Shown here in pieces: positions 1-12,907 of a stretch of DNA of 64,000 bases (within the stretch, counting starts at the first letter, position 1; every line of letters starts with the position of its first letter). The translations under genes were made by a program, and so were the position numbers. The stretch lies in assembly GCF_004010195.1 (NCBI RefSeq), contig NC_057750.1, positions 2,734,112-2,798,111 of the forward strand, read 5' to 3'. The stretch is from Chiloscyllium plagiosum. Its lineage: Eukaryota. The notes under the pieces are model-generated. The model was not told where the DNA came from and searched no databases. It worked only from the letters and a program-made list of their open reading frames with translations.

Positions 1-356
1 AGGGAAGAGTCCATGGACTTCCATGGGAGGTAAATGTAAGCTAGTGGTAATTACCTCTAAATGTCAAAGCCGGCTCTACCAAAACTCCAATGTAGGAGTG
101 TGGGCTACAGAAGGAAAATGGGTGTCTTGGGTGATGGGACTTCAGCTGGTGACTGGCCAAAGTTAAAGTCGAGCCTCTCAGTGAAAAGGTACAACTGGGG
201 AAAGGCATCATTCCCAGAACAAAGGCACTTTATTACAAATGTGAGATTGGCGATGGTACAGAATCAATCCTTATGGATAATTTATATTCTGAAAATTAGT
301 AGCGACACGTTCTGTATTCTCAACTACCTACAATCTTTGGTCAGGGAAACATGGTG

Positions 357-630
357 CATAGAATCCCTACAACGCCAAAGTAGGCCGTTCGGCCCATTGA
401 GTCCACACCAACCCTCCGAAGACCAGCCAACCTGGACCTGTAACCCTGAATTTCCCATGGCCAATCCACCCTAACCTGCACATCCGTGGACTGTGGGAGA
501 AACTGGAGCAAATCAATGCAGACAGGTGGTAAATATGCAAACTTCATGCAGTCGCCCAAGGCAGGTGTCAAACCCAAGTCCCTGAAGCTGTGAGGCAGAA
601 GTGCTAACCACTGAGCAACTGTGCCATCCC
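357..630 (-). mobile_element. tRNA-derived V-SINE (HE1-like)
   Basis: Head GCTCAGTGGTTAGCAC..GCCTCACAG, V-like core and CR1-type tail. Confidence 0.8.
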
Positions 631-1695
631 AGATTGGCAGTCAGGAGCAGACATTAGAGGCAGTACAACCTCCAAGAGTTGTGCAGAGCTTGATGCCTGT
701 TTGTGTATTGCATTAAGATCCTACTGTCAATTTTATTCCCTGCAGCCACAAAAAAAACATTATAGTTCATATAGTGGAAAATATTTTTGCTATTTACCAC
801 ATCACTAAGATAATTTGAACTCCTGTCTGCCAAAAAGGTCATACATTAACCAGAGGAAATCGAATAAATGCACATTTGGTGTTATTAGGAACTTGAATCA
901 GTGGAGTGAGCAAAACTGCACAGGCCACAGCATACTGTAAATAGGTGAAACAACAGCTTGGCATTTAATATGCTGGTAACCTATAGAATGTCCCAGGGCA
1001 CTTCACAGAATGGAGACCAAAGTGACATTTTAGCAGTAAAGGATGTGAAAGTGTTAGCAAGGGATAAATGAGGCTTGGGAGAACAGGTGGAATTTCAAAA
1101 GACTTTTTAAGTAGTTGGGTTGGGATCCAGGATCTGGATAATGGTGGGCCAGAGGGAAGATGGGAGTAGCGGGGCTAGAATCAGACCGATGCTTGGTGCA
1201 GGGAGATCATTAGATCTGAAGGCGATCTGAAAAGTGAAGTGGAGCAAGGTTGGGAGCACGCTTGAGGTTCAACTCTCTCTAACTAAACAGTGAGCTGGTA
1301 CAACTCATAACAATGAGAAAGTGAAGCAAAAGAGAGGTTTGGCCTGAGGTAGGATGTAAACTGTTGCGATTGGATTACCTTGCAGCTTATGAAGCCTCGG
1401 TTAAGTAAACCCAATGTGGAAAATGATTGGGGTAATAGAAAAAGAACATAGACTGAAAACAAAACCTTTTTTTGTACAGATGTTGCCCAACCTGCTGAAT
1501 ATTGCAAGCATTTTCTGTTTTGTTATAAAGTTCTAGTATTCTCAGTATCTTGCTTCTGCATTGAGCTAACCAAGACTGAACATGACAAAAATAAGGATAA
1601 GATTTTTGCCTTTCATAATGCAGATGTGGCCAGTTGGTACAAAGATGGAAAAAAGTGCACTTGCTGGAGAGATTCAGGAATTTAGGACTTTCTAA

Positions 1696-1830
1696 TTCTG
1701 ATGAAGGGTCACAGGAATCAAATCATTGACTCTCCTTTCTCTCTGAAGGTGCTGCCAGACCTGCTGAGTTTCTCCAGCAATTTGTTTTTATTTGTTTCAG
1801 ATCTCCAACATCCCAGTTCTTTGTTTTATT
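1696..1830 (+). mobile_element. Old PLE family D element with a degenerate hammerhead
   Basis: TTCTGATGAAGGGTCAC followed by GCTGCCAGACCTGCTGAGTTTCTCCAGC. Confidence 0.55.
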
Positions 1831-1954
1831 TTGTATGGTTTGGTTGAACTTGCTAGAGAGGCTGTTGGGATGAATGCTTTCTAAACTGTACGAGCTCAAG
1901 CTATGCAAGTGCAGTTATGGTCTTTTCCTGCAGTATAGCTGAACAAAATATAAC

Positions 1955-2120
1955 TCAACCATTACAACAATAACATAGCCAAGTGAGGTTGAGATCAAGG
2001 TGTGTAACTGGGTGTCATCAGTATATGTATGGAATCTGAATCCCTTATGCAATGCCACCAACAGTAGGTACTTTTCCTCAAGTAAAAACCTAGGGTATAG
2101 AAATTGCAGATGCCCTGGTG
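1955..2120 (-). mobile_element. Ancient L2-like RT remnant
   Basis: GFRFHTYTDDTQL resembles the L2 motif H.YADDTQL. Confidence 0.5.
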
Positions 2121-3121
2121 ACATCCAAAATAGGAGAGCGAGCAGCAACTTTGCTGGGGAAACTGAGGACAACAGAATTGGTCTAATCAATTGTATCAAA
2201 GTTGATAGAAAACTCATGGGGTCAGTGACCGCAGGTAGAACTGTGCTGCAACTGTGTGAGAGGGCTATCAACACTGAGGAGAATGTTATGTGGTTGATGT
2301 CCTTTTAATGCTCCAATATTTGTTTATCACTGATAAATCAAAATGCAACGATGGATCTAAATGGATGTTTAGATTAAGAAAAGGCAGTGAGTCAGTAGGC
2401 TGATTGCTCAGGGTGTGGCTGAGCTTTGGTGGGAATTTTGTCATTGTGTTGATACTTAAAGAGCTGTGACACCACATGATGTTGTGAATACGCCAGTAAG
2501 ACCAAGTATTGCTGCAAACCTCTCAAAATGTGGTCATTCAAATGTCATGGTGTGTAATTTAGTTGCATGCATACGATGGAAGCCTAATGACTCGTCAACA
2601 ATATTTTGACAGGATAAATAACCACAAATCTGGGCACTTCTTGAGCCAGCTGAACAGCAGTCTGTGGTTACTAATCCATTTCAGTAGTTTAACCAGATGA
2701 AAGGGTAATTGGGCTAATTTTGGGTTCCTGTATTAGATGTTATTTCACACTTTTTTTTGCAAAACTGGGGCTTGATCACATTTATGCCTGTCCATAACTT
2801 GGTGTTTTATAAACTGAGTTTTCCCCTAGTTCTGAAGTTAATTTTCTTCATATTTAAATTGCTTGAGTTTATATTAGTTTACTTCTACCAAAAGCAATCA
2901 GGCCATTTTGGTAGTTTTGATAATTTAATTGTGACTTGAAACTGCAAGAGATTGCGGGTGCCGTGACACTTTGGCTTTAAGGTGCAGTTCACTGACTATC
3001 TCTTCTTGTTCATACACAGTTATATAGGCATTAAATATTTTCAAAATAAACAGCAATTTATTTGGACTCCTGCTGGCCTGTTGGGACCTCTTAGTAACCA
3101 GTGCAATAAAAGCGTCCTTCT

Positions 3122-3752
3122 AGATTCATAGCCATACATCAGGGAAACAGACCCTTTAATCCAGCCAGTCCATGCCATCCATAGTCCCAAACTAAACTAG
3201 TCCCACTTGCCTGCGCTTGGCCCAAATCCTGCAAAACATTTCTTATCCATGTACTTATCTACATGTCTTTTAAACGTTGCACTGTACACTCATCCACAAT
3301 TTCCTCTGGAAGTTCATTCCATGTACAAACCATGTGTAAAAACAAAAATTGCTGTCATGTCTTTTTTAAAAAATCTTTTCCCTCTTCACCTTAAAAATGT
3401 TTCCCCTAGTCTTGAAATCCCCCAGCGCTGGGGAAAAGACACCTGCCATAGACTTATCTATACCCCTCATTATTGTATAAACCTCTATAAGGTCACCTCT
3501 CAACCTCCTACACTCCAGTGAAGAAAGTCCCAGCTTATCCAGCCTCTTATAACACTGCAGATTGAAGCAGTGTTATAAGGAGAGGCTGGATATTCCTGGC
3601 AAATCTCTTCCGAACCCCCTCCAGCTTAATAACATCCTTCTGATTACAGGGTGACTGGAACTGGAGGCAGTACTGCAGAAGAGGCCTGACCAATGTCCTG
3701 TGCAACCTTAACTTAATATCCCAACTCCTGTACTCAAAGGTCTGAGCAATGA
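3122..3752 (-). mobile_element. CR1 3' fragment
   Basis: LVRPLLQYCLQFQSP..KDVIKLEGVRKRF plus the CR1 3' UTR. Confidence 0.85.
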
Positions 3753-5132
3753 AGTGTAGTTTTAATTCCAGTCCTCGATGACTGCTCCCCATGATTGCAC
3801 CAACAAATTCAGCTGCCTTATCACAGCCTTATCTACAGTCCTCACTTTCTGCTGCCTTATCATAGCAGCAGGTTGATGAGCTCCTGGTTAGTTGATGCTC
3901 TGGCCTGTCCCCAGGATAATGTTGCTAAATTAGCTGGTGTGAAGATAGGAGAGCTAGCTCACCTAGGGATCCAGACTGCAGCGGTGCTGATGGAAGAGCC
4001 GATGTTATAGTCTGTCTATCCTATCAATATAATTTCCTTTCCTATCAGTGGAGCTATCTTGCATATGACCAGAAAGTACGTTAGCTGAGCTATTGGCACC
4101 TTATAGTTATGGTTGTGCTGGAGAGACAGTAAAGATGGAAAGTACTAAAGTTTCAGTGATTTGTGGCTTCAAAGTGCAGTGTCCCTCCAAGGAAAACTTA
4201 CTCCATTAATTGCCTTATATGGAAATGGCATTGCTGGTAAATGGAAAAAGCATCAACAAAGGACAGATACAAGTCACAATTAGAACAGCTCCTTCTGATT
4301 GGTGTGGCAGAATAGGCAATGAATAATCTGTACAGGAAATGAATTAAGACAGTCCTGTGTGAAACTTTCCTAAACCTTGCTGCTGATTCAATTGATATTA
4401 ATTATGGGGAGAAAAAAAAGTATTTTGTTAAGTGAGAAAAAAGATTAACCAACAAAGTAACAGGAAATGGTTGCAGCATACACAATTGTCAAAATTGTGT
4501 ACTGGGGCTGCTTTCATGCTGACCAGAGCTGGTTGGTTACATACCTACCAGAGCTGAGACTGATCATGTCTTTGTAATCATGATTTGTTGCTAGGAAACA
4601 GTGGTAAATAAAGACAGGTTTGTGGGCCAGTAGATTTTTTTTGCAGGACAATTTTGATGTGCATTGATGTGAAAAGTTATGCAGGGCTGACTGATGTAAG
4701 CAAATGGATCAAATAGAGTAACTCTCCATTCAGTCTTCAGTGAGCTGATCTAGTGGTGGTCACATCATTTCTTAATTCATTCATGTGAAGTGGGCTTCGC
4801 TGGCTGCACTAGTATTTGGTGCCTGTCCCTAGTTGCCATTAAAGAGCTGCCTCCTTGAACTGCTACAATCCATGTGTTGTAGGTACACCCATGATGCCAT
4901 TCGGAGGGAGTTCCAGGATTTTGACCCTTGTGACAATGAAGGGCAGTGATATATATAATGTCGCATGGCACATTATATAGGTCTGCCAAGTATTTGCCCA
5001 CTCGCTTAACATGTCTATCTCTCTGTAGACTCTGTGTCATCCTCATACTTGCCTTCCCATCTCTACCATGTTGAGATTTGAACCCAGCTTTCTGGATTAC
5101 ATCGCTTCCCCCATCACTTACCTTCAACACTT

Positions 5133-5286
5133 TTGAATTCGGAGATGCCGGTGTTGGACTGGGGTGTACAAAGTTAAAAATCACACAACACCAGGTTATA
5201 GTCCAACAGGTTTAATTGGAAGCACACTAGTGCGCTTCCAATTAAACCTGTTGGACTATAACCTGGTGTTGTGTGATTTTTAACTT
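5133..5286. mobile_element. PLE family B fold-back element (116-bp near-perfect palindrome, 5171-5286)
   Basis: AAGTTAAAAATCACACAACACCAGGTTATAGTCCAACAGG and its reverse complement. 11-bp TSD CTTCAACACTT at 5122-5132 and 5284-5294. Confidence 0.75.
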
Positions 5287-6079
5287 CAACACTTGGAGAG
5301 ACAAAGTGGTCAAAGATCTTACATTGATGGTTCTGCAATGATCTCTGCTGCAATTGATGGGTGAAATTCAAACTTTGTTTATTTGCACCTTAGCTCCACT
5401 TGCTTGATTAGACACTACTTCTAAGCTGAAAGTCTAGCACTTTGACAAAGGTGAAGAAGTATTCATAGGATTCTTCTAACCGAGTGGGACGGGGGGGGGG
5501 GTAATTATAGAAACCTGACTTTTTTGTTTTCTAAGATCAATGTTCAAAATCTTCGCACAATCTTTAGGATCCTAAGCAAGAAAACGCACAACCTGATCAT
5601 CATAGTTGCCTTCTGCCTTGTGTGAGGACTGGTGAGGAGAGCAACATGTGAAGTAGGATTGTTCTCACGTGTTGTTTTTGTAGGATGCCAGGAAGCGTCT
5701 AGGTCAGTCAGTGGGGAAGTGGAATAAAGAAAGATTAAAACTCTGTTCCAACCAGCTCTTTACTAACAAAGTATCTGAGGCTTCTGTCCCAATGAAAGAG
5801 GAAAAAGGGGTTGGCTATAAAAAGAAGAGGCATTGAAACCCATCATTAGTCATTCCTAGGGAAGAACTTGTTGCTTTTCCCACCTTTTAACCCCAGCGAG
5901 CTTCAAATTGTGAAATGTGTCAAGATTCTTGGCACTAGTCAGCAGTCACTGTAGATGACTCAGAATGGCTGGAGTTATTCTATTGGTCTAAACCCACAGG
6001 AATGTTTGCAGGTGTGGTAGCCGAAAGCATATTCCCTTCAAGTGACCCACTGCAGAGAAGTCATGAGGATACAGTTTTG

Positions 6080-6381
6080 GTGGCATGATGGCTCAGTGGT
6101 TAGTATTGCTGCCTCACAGCACCAGGAACCCAGGTCGATTTCTGCCTCGGGTGACTGTGTGGAGTTTGCACATTCTCCCTGTGTCTGCGTGGGTTTCCTC
6201 CCACAATCCAAAGATGTGCAGGTTAGGTGGATTGGCCATGCTAAATTGCCCATAGTGTTAGATGCATCTGTCAGGGGTATATGTAGGGGAATGGGTCTGG
6301 GTGGGTTACTCTTTGGAGGGTCGATATGGACTTGATGGGCCGAAGGGCCTGTTTCCATACTGTAGGTAATCTAATCTAATT
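6080..6381 (+). mobile_element. HE1-like V-SINE, full length
   Basis: A box TGGCTCAGTGG, B-box-like GGTCGATTTC, core GTGTGGAGTTTGCACATTCTCCC and a (TCTAA)n tail. AGTTTTGGTGGC duplicated at 6073-6084 and 6382-6393. Confidence 0.88.
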
Positions 6382-7271
6382 AGTTTTGGTGGCTGGTGGA
6401 ATTTGAACTATCTTCAGCAATTGTGACCATGAAACCATCAGTGTTTAAAGTTCAAAACCCATCTGGTTCACTGATATCCATTAGGAAAGGAAATCTGCCA
6501 TCTTTACATAGTCCAGCCAACATGTGACTCCAGACCCACAGTAGTGTGGTTGGATCTTAATTGTTCTCTGAGATGACTTAGCAAGCCCCTCAGTTCAAGG
6601 GCACTTGGGGATGTGCAACAAACTCTGGCCTTGTCAGTGATAGTCACGTTCTGTGGAAGACTAGTTTTTTTAAAAAAAGATTATGGCATGTCAGGAGTTT
6701 AGAAGGGGCAGAAGTGCTGGCATTGAAACGTGTACAATCTGAGCAACACTGATACGCTGTTTCCTTTGCATAGAGAGATTACAGTGAGAATGATATGAAG
6801 ACAACCTTGTGTGTATATAACCACTGGATTTCTCAAAGCTTACACAGCCAATGTTTTGTGGGCAGACAGTAAATCAATGTGGGAATGACTCGCGATAATG
6901 TATTTGTGATTATCTTGATAGATAATTATTTTCTAGGACATTGGGCAGGGCTCCCGGGCTCTAAATGGTGCCGTGGAATCTTTTGCAACCACCAGACAGG
7001 GACTAAGTCTAACATCCCATTGGAAATATATCTCCAGCAATGCAGCAGACCCTCACTACTGCACTGGAATATCAGTCTTTGTTATTCTGTGCTGAAGTCC
7101 ATTTAGAACTAGAATTAGGTTTATTGTCACATACCCACATGAATGTAGTAAAAAGTTTACAAAGTCACTGCTTCTGGCACCATTTTAGGTGTAAATGTTA
7201 ATTTGGTATTTGCTTCTTCAATTACATACATTTGCAACTTCATAAATGCAGTTAACTACTTGGGGTCATAC

Positions 7272-7372
7272 ATTGGGGTCGATTCCTGAAGAAGGGCTTA
7301 TGCCCGAAACGTCGATTCTCCTGTTCCTTAGATGCTGCCTGACCTGCTGCGCTTTTCCAGCAACACATTTTC
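7272..7372 (+). mobile_element. Short non-autonomous Penelope-like element (family A) with hammerhead
   Basis: Hammerhead followed by the tail GATGCTGCCTGACCTGCTGCGCTTTTCCAGCAACACATTTTC. 18-bp TSD AACTACTTGG(G/A)GTCATAC at 7254-7271 and 7373-7390. Confidence 0.75.
7281..7318 (+). ncRNA. Minimal type I hammerhead ribozyme motif, intact core (PLE family A)
   Basis: GATTC-CTGAAGA-A-GGGC(TTAT)GCCC-GAAA-C-GTC-GATTC. Predicted cleavage after C7313. Confidence 0.8.
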
Positions 7373-8341
7373 AACTACTTGGAGTCATACTGCATTGACT
7401 GCTATTTTGCATTTTTAAGTCAAGTCCCTTGTGTATTTGATAATGTATCTGCTTTAAAATGCGACTGATTCTAATTGAATACTGTTTTTCAGCATTAATC
7501 CATTATCAACTACTGTGGCGATGGTGATTTATATTCAGTAATAAATATGTTGACATAACAACAGTCTCCTAGAAGTATTCAATTCTCATACATCCAGTTT
7601 AATGCAAAGCGAACTCTTAAAATGAGATATCTGTCTGCAAATTGTTCCTTAGTACGTTATGGTGGATTGAACTTGTTTAGTTTTAATTCTTTGCTGTTAC
7701 ATTCAGCAGCCCATGTCTGCCATCTCATGCAGTTGGTGCATAATGAAAAACTTGCTGAAGGATTAACTCTGTGGAATGATGAGTATCTGACATGTATTGT
7801 CTCTGTAATCTGAACACTGAGAAACCTCAATAGAGATTAATCTTTTGTTGTGCTATCACAAAGGTGACCTTGGGTAGTTTCATCATTCCTTCTCCTCCTG
7901 ATTATTGGTGTGAAATAGTGTAATGGCCAATGTTATTTCAGCCAGCATGCCAACGGGCAGCTTGCAATAAGTCTCTAAACCCTCGGTTTTGTGAGGAGCG
8001 ACATTGGCTAGAGTTTGTGATCCTGACCAGAAGCTGGTAATTTTGCTGGAAGGTTAAGCGAAGATGAGATCAAGCATAGCATTGCACTTCATGCTTTTTC
8101 TCCTCTGTTTTTCCAACTTTGTTGAGACCAGTAGGATGCCAGCATTCTGCAAAAATATATCAAACAGACATCAAAGCAGCTTGACCCCACACCGCTGAAT
8201 CACATTATGAAATGGCATGTGGGAGAGAGGAGGGAAGCGGGCAGAGACTGATGTATTGAAGGTGTTTTTATGTTTAGTTTCTTGAGGCGATGGGCACACT
8301 CAGGAAGCTTTTTGTTGGTTTTGAACTAAATGTTAGCTTTT

Positions 8342-9890
8342 CTTAATTCATTCATCGGGTATGGGAGTCATTGGCTGGAGGTATTGCCAGTGCCTAGTTG
8401 TGGTGATGGTGAGCTGCTGCTGTCAATCTCTGGTAGGTAGACCCATAGTGCTGTTAGAGAGGAAATTCCAGGATTTTGACCCAGCAACATTGCCTGGTAT
8501 TATGTGGCATGAATGTTACTTGCCACCTGTCAATCCAAATCTAGATATTGTGCATTTGGACGTGGATTGCTTCATTGTCCGAGGAATTGCAAATGGTGCT
8601 GAGCATTATACAATAGTCAGTGAAGGTCCCTGCTTATAATGGAAGGGAGATGATTGATAAAGCAGCTGACAGTTGTTGGGCCAAGGACACGCCCTTGAAA
8701 TTCTTGCAGATATGTCCTGGAGCTGAGATGACACGTGTCCCATAACCACAACTATCTACCTGTGTTTGTACTAGGTATGATTCAGTTGGAGAATTTTCCT
8801 TCTACCTGCTTTTGACTCTAGATTTGCTGGGACTTCTAGATGGCATATTGCAGAAGTAGCCTTGACGTCGAGGGCTGTCACTCTCACTTCACCTCTAGGA
8901 TTCAGCTCTTTTGTCTGTTATTGAACCATGGCTATAATGAGGTCAGGAGATGATGGCCCTAGTGAAACCCCAGTGTAATTGATCATGTTATTGCGAAACA
9001 AGTGCTGCTTGATATTACTATTGATGAGCCTTTCTATCACTTTACTGATAATTGAGAGTAGAGTGACTGGGTTGGATTTTTTTTTTTGCTTTTTCTGTAC
9101 AGGACATATCTGAGTAAATTCCACACTGTCAAGTAAATGCCAATGTTGTAATTGTACTGGAAGAGCTTAACCAAGAGCATGGAAATTTGTGGAGCACAAG
9201 TCTTCAGTACTGTTGCAGAGTATTAAAGGATTGGACACTCTGGAGGCAGGAAACATGTTTCTGCTGATGGGTGAGTGCCGAACCAGAAGACACAGCTTAA
9301 AAATATGGGGTAGACCATTTAGGACAGAGATGAGGAGAAACTTCTTCACCCTGAGAGTGGTGGCTGTGTGGAATGCTCTGCCCCAGAGGGCAGTGGAGGC
9401 CCAGTCTCTGGATTCATTTAAGAAAGAGTTGGATAGAGCTCTCAAGGATAGTGGAATCAAGGGTTATGGAGATAAGGCAGGAACAGGATACTGATTAAGG
9501 ATGATCAGCCATGATCATATTGAATGGTGGTGCAGACTCGAAGGGCAGAATGGCCTACTCCTGCACCTATTGTCTATTGTCAGAGCCCAAAGTCTTTTGC
9601 AGTGTCCAGAGCCTCCAGCTGTTTCTAGATTAATGCGTGGAGTGAATCAAATTGGCTGAAGACTGGAATCTGTGATGCTCAGGATCACTGGACTAGATGG
9701 AGGTCGCTCAACCACTCAGCGCTTCTGCTAAATATTGTTGCAAATGTATCAACCTTGTATTTTGCACTTCTGTGCTGGGCTATCTTATCATTGTGGTTGG
9801 AGATATTTGTGGAGCGTCCCCTCCAGTGAGTTGCTTAATTGTCCACCATCATTCAGAATTGGGTGTGGCAGCTCTGCAAAGCAGTTGGTC
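8342..9890 (-). mobile_element. Decayed copy of the same CR1/L2-group LINE, interrupted by a CR1 at 9218-9580
   Basis: SNPVTLLSIISKVIERLINSNIKQHL. The 3' end matches 42900-43075. Confidence 0.7.
9218..9580 (+). mobile_element. CR1 3' fragment nested in an older LINE
   Basis: RTRRHSLKIWGRPFRTEMRRNFFTLRVVAVWNALP with a (CTATTGT)n tail. Confidence 0.88.
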
Positions 9891-10613
9891 CATTTGGTTT
9901 AATTCCTTTTGTGAGACTTAGCAATTTGATACGATGGGGTAGCTGGCTAAACTATTTCAGAGGTTAAGTAAGAGTCAACCACATTGCAGTGGGTCTGGAG
10001 TCATGTAGGTCAGGCTGGGTAAGGATGGCAGACTTACTTCCCAAAAGGATGCTCGTGGACCAGATGGAATTTTACAAAAATTGACAGTATCATAATTTAG
10101 ATTTTTCACTGTAGATATTCCTTATTTAAATGCCACCATCTAAAGTGATGGATATCAAATCCTGGTCCTGATAACTAGCCTAGAACAATACACTACACCA
10201 TCACTTCCCCATTATCTAGCGAGTGATATTCACATTCAATTAATAAACATCTTTTTTTTAAAAAGAGACAGCTATTTGATGCACTCAAGTTGCCACAGCA
10301 GTAGGATTACCATGACCAGTTAGTCTTTTTTTTATGGTTTGTGGTTGAGTGATTGTTATGGGCTAGGACTTCTGGGATAGCTGCCTTGCTGTTTCTCCAG
10401 ATGTATGTTGTGGGGGTGGTTTCCCACCCACCTGAGAGGATAGGTAGTGCCTCTGTTTAGCATCACATCTGAAAGATAGCACAACATCCTCACAGGCAGT
10501 CAGCCACGATTTGGAGCTTAAAGTGCTCAGAGCCGCAAATACCCAGAAACGAGTGACCCACATCTTGAGCTATGACTAGCATCCTTGCTTCTACTGGAAC
10601 ATTGTACAGGTAT

Positions 10614-11151
10614 TAGCGAGTTTTGGGAAGATTTGTAGCTCAGGTTGAGATTCAGGATGTAGGTTTGCTCGCTGAGCTGGAAGGTTTGTTTTCCGATATT
10701 TCATCACCATACTAGGTAACAAGATCAGTGAGCCTCCAGGTGAAACATTGGTGGTACGGCCCGCTTTCTATTTGCGTGTTTAGGTTTCCTTGGGGTGAGG
10801 GCGTCATTTCCAGTGGTGACGTCGTCTCCTGTTTTTTTTCCTCAGGGGGTGGTAAATGGGATCCAAGTCAATGTGTTTGTTGATAGAATTCCTCGGAGCA
10901 AGGCATTCCAACCGGAATTCTATCAACAAACACATTGACTTGGATCCCATTTACCACCCCCTGAGGAAAAGAACAGGAAATGACCACCACAGGAAATGAC
11001 ATCATCACCCCAAAGAAATCTAAGCACATAAATAGAAAGCGGACCATACCACCAGAGTTTCATCTGGAGGCTCACTGACGATGTTACGTAGTATGGTGAC
11101 AAAACGTCGGAAAACGAACTTTCCAGCTCAGCCAGCAAACCTACATCTATC
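10614..11151. mobile_element. PLE family C inverted-repeat element (arms of about 235 bp)
   Basis: The right arm encodes the PLE endonuclease C-terminus (..RNSINKHIDLDPIYHPLR). Hammerhead remnant CTGACGA..GTGACAAAACGTC at 11075-11108. 10-bp TSD GTACAGGTAT at 10604-10613 and 11152-11161. Confidence 0.75.
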
Positions 11152-12125
11152 GTACAGGTATCTCACTAGAGTCTTTTATCCCTTAACATGTGCAGGTAAA
11201 TCCTTCCCAGCAAGGACCACCAGGTCGCAATTATTCTGTTTCTCTTTAACCACCACTGAGGTGAGCAAATTCAGCACAAATTAGACTTGGAAGATGGATC
11301 TGCAGATTGAAGAGAGTTGGTATTTAACTCAGCTTACATTTGCACAAGTGCTTCCACATACCAATGGCACCATTCTGCAAAACATTAATTAGTGTGTTTC
11401 AATCTTATTGAAGACATTGGAAGTTAATTAATGTTAGATTTGCAAAGTCCATAATTGAATCTTTCAGTATAATTGATCAAAAAGTACTGCAATGTCATTA
11501 TGTCTGTTCAGTTATGTTTACCTTTTTTAAAATTGCCCCTCAACAGTCAGACAAATGTGGTGCCAGTCTTTTCGTGCCTGAAATAAGCTCACGCTCCATT
11601 GCCTGTGGTGACTTGACTCCCACAGAATGGGGAAGATGGAGTGCCTAGATAACTAGCTGTTGAAACGCTGCCAGTGAGAGACTGTCACTTTTTCATATCG
11701 TTTACACACCCTTATCAAATGGCTGTCCAAGTGTCAGCAACAGAGCAACCACCTCCTACACATGTGTCGTGTACTTGGAGTGTTGGAGATTATTTTTAAC
11801 ATTTAACAGTCAACAAAGATCTGAAGAGGAAGTAACAGTCCTGTGAGCGTTACAAAGACTGTTATGGATCACAAGCTGCAGATATTATTGGACTTGCACA
11901 GTGAGAGTTTGTTAACCCATCGGCCCTAGAGCTGGGACCCTGCATTTCATAACAAAACGAAGAATGAGAACCCTTTTGCCCATAGGACCTATGTTAGGAT
12001 GTTTTGGTTTTGGGGATAGAGACACAGAGTTCATTCCAGGATTGTTGTTGCTTTCCCCTCATTTAAAACAAACCATTTTTCAGACCAATGATTTGAAATG
12101 TGCTGCCTGAAAGTGTGATAGAAAT

Positions 12126-12277
12126 CAGAAGTCACACGACACCAGGTTATAGTCCACAGGTTTATTTGCAGTCACAAGCTTTTTGAGTGCTGCTCCGAGA
12201 TTTCAGATAAACCTGTTGGACTATAACCAGGTGTCGTGTGGCTTCTGACTTTGTCCAACACTGGCACCTCCACATGA
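12126..12277. mobile_element. PLE family B fold-back element nested in a decayed CR1 3' end (about 12090-12455)
   Basis: GTCACACGACACCAGGTTATAGTCC ... GGACTATAACCAGGTGTCGTGTG inverted arms. Confidence 0.7.
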
Positions 12278-12907
12278 ATGTGTGATCGAGGCAGGTTCAG
12301 TCAAGGCATTCAAAAGAGAATTGGGTTCTTACCTGAAAAGGAAGAGTGTATCTGGTAATGGGGAGAAGGCAGGGGAGTGGCACTGGGCGATTGGTTATTC
12401 AGAGAGCCAGCACAAGCATAATGGGTTGAATGTCTGCGATCTGAACTGTATCATTTCTGCAATTCTGTGGGTTTTATTCCTGGAATTGTCATTTAGGAAG
12501 CAGAAGGATTCTAATTGCCACACTGGTAACTGACCTTTTGTTTTTCCACAACGGAAAACCTCTACTAATCTGAAATGAGCTTTTTTATTAAATATACATT
12601 TTCATTTGGTTACAACCTGTTGATCCTCCAAGTGCGACGATGGTGAGTGAACTTTGCTTAGTGTGAGAGGTGGTGGGTGAATAGGAATGGTGGTCCCAAG
12701 AATTTCCACCACTTACAGGCGATGATTCCAGATCATTGTGACTCTCAGCATGTTAAGTTCTTCACATCTGCACCCCCCCCACCCCCAGTTGTTTTTATAT
12801 GCCTGAAATGTGCCAGTGATAATGTGTCTTGAGTTACCCTTTTTAAGAGGTGATGAATCATGACTTTTTCCTTTGCCTTTCACGTTTCTGTTATTTTATT
12901 TGGGCAG

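Noticed and set aside
61..474. 137-aa ORF at the window start
   Set aside because: It has no recognisable homology, and its 3' third is an antisense SINE.
2970..3020. TDYLFLF peptide resembling the end of the preceding SAE1 exon (..SDYFLLQ)
   Set aside because: There is no upstream KEALEVDW-like sequence in frame and no suitable phase-1 donor. The preceding exon probably lies upstream of the window.
5133..5294. MITE or DNA-transposon interpretation of the palindromic elements
   Set aside because: The arms are unequal (one has an extra tail), TSD length varies from 10 to 18 bp, and relatives carry hammerheads and PLE endonuclease remnants. A Penelope-type origin fits better.
6080..6160. tRNA-like A/B boxes here and in about a dozen other places
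   Set aside because: They are SINE heads followed by SINE cores, without complete cloverleaf structures, so they are not tRNA genes.
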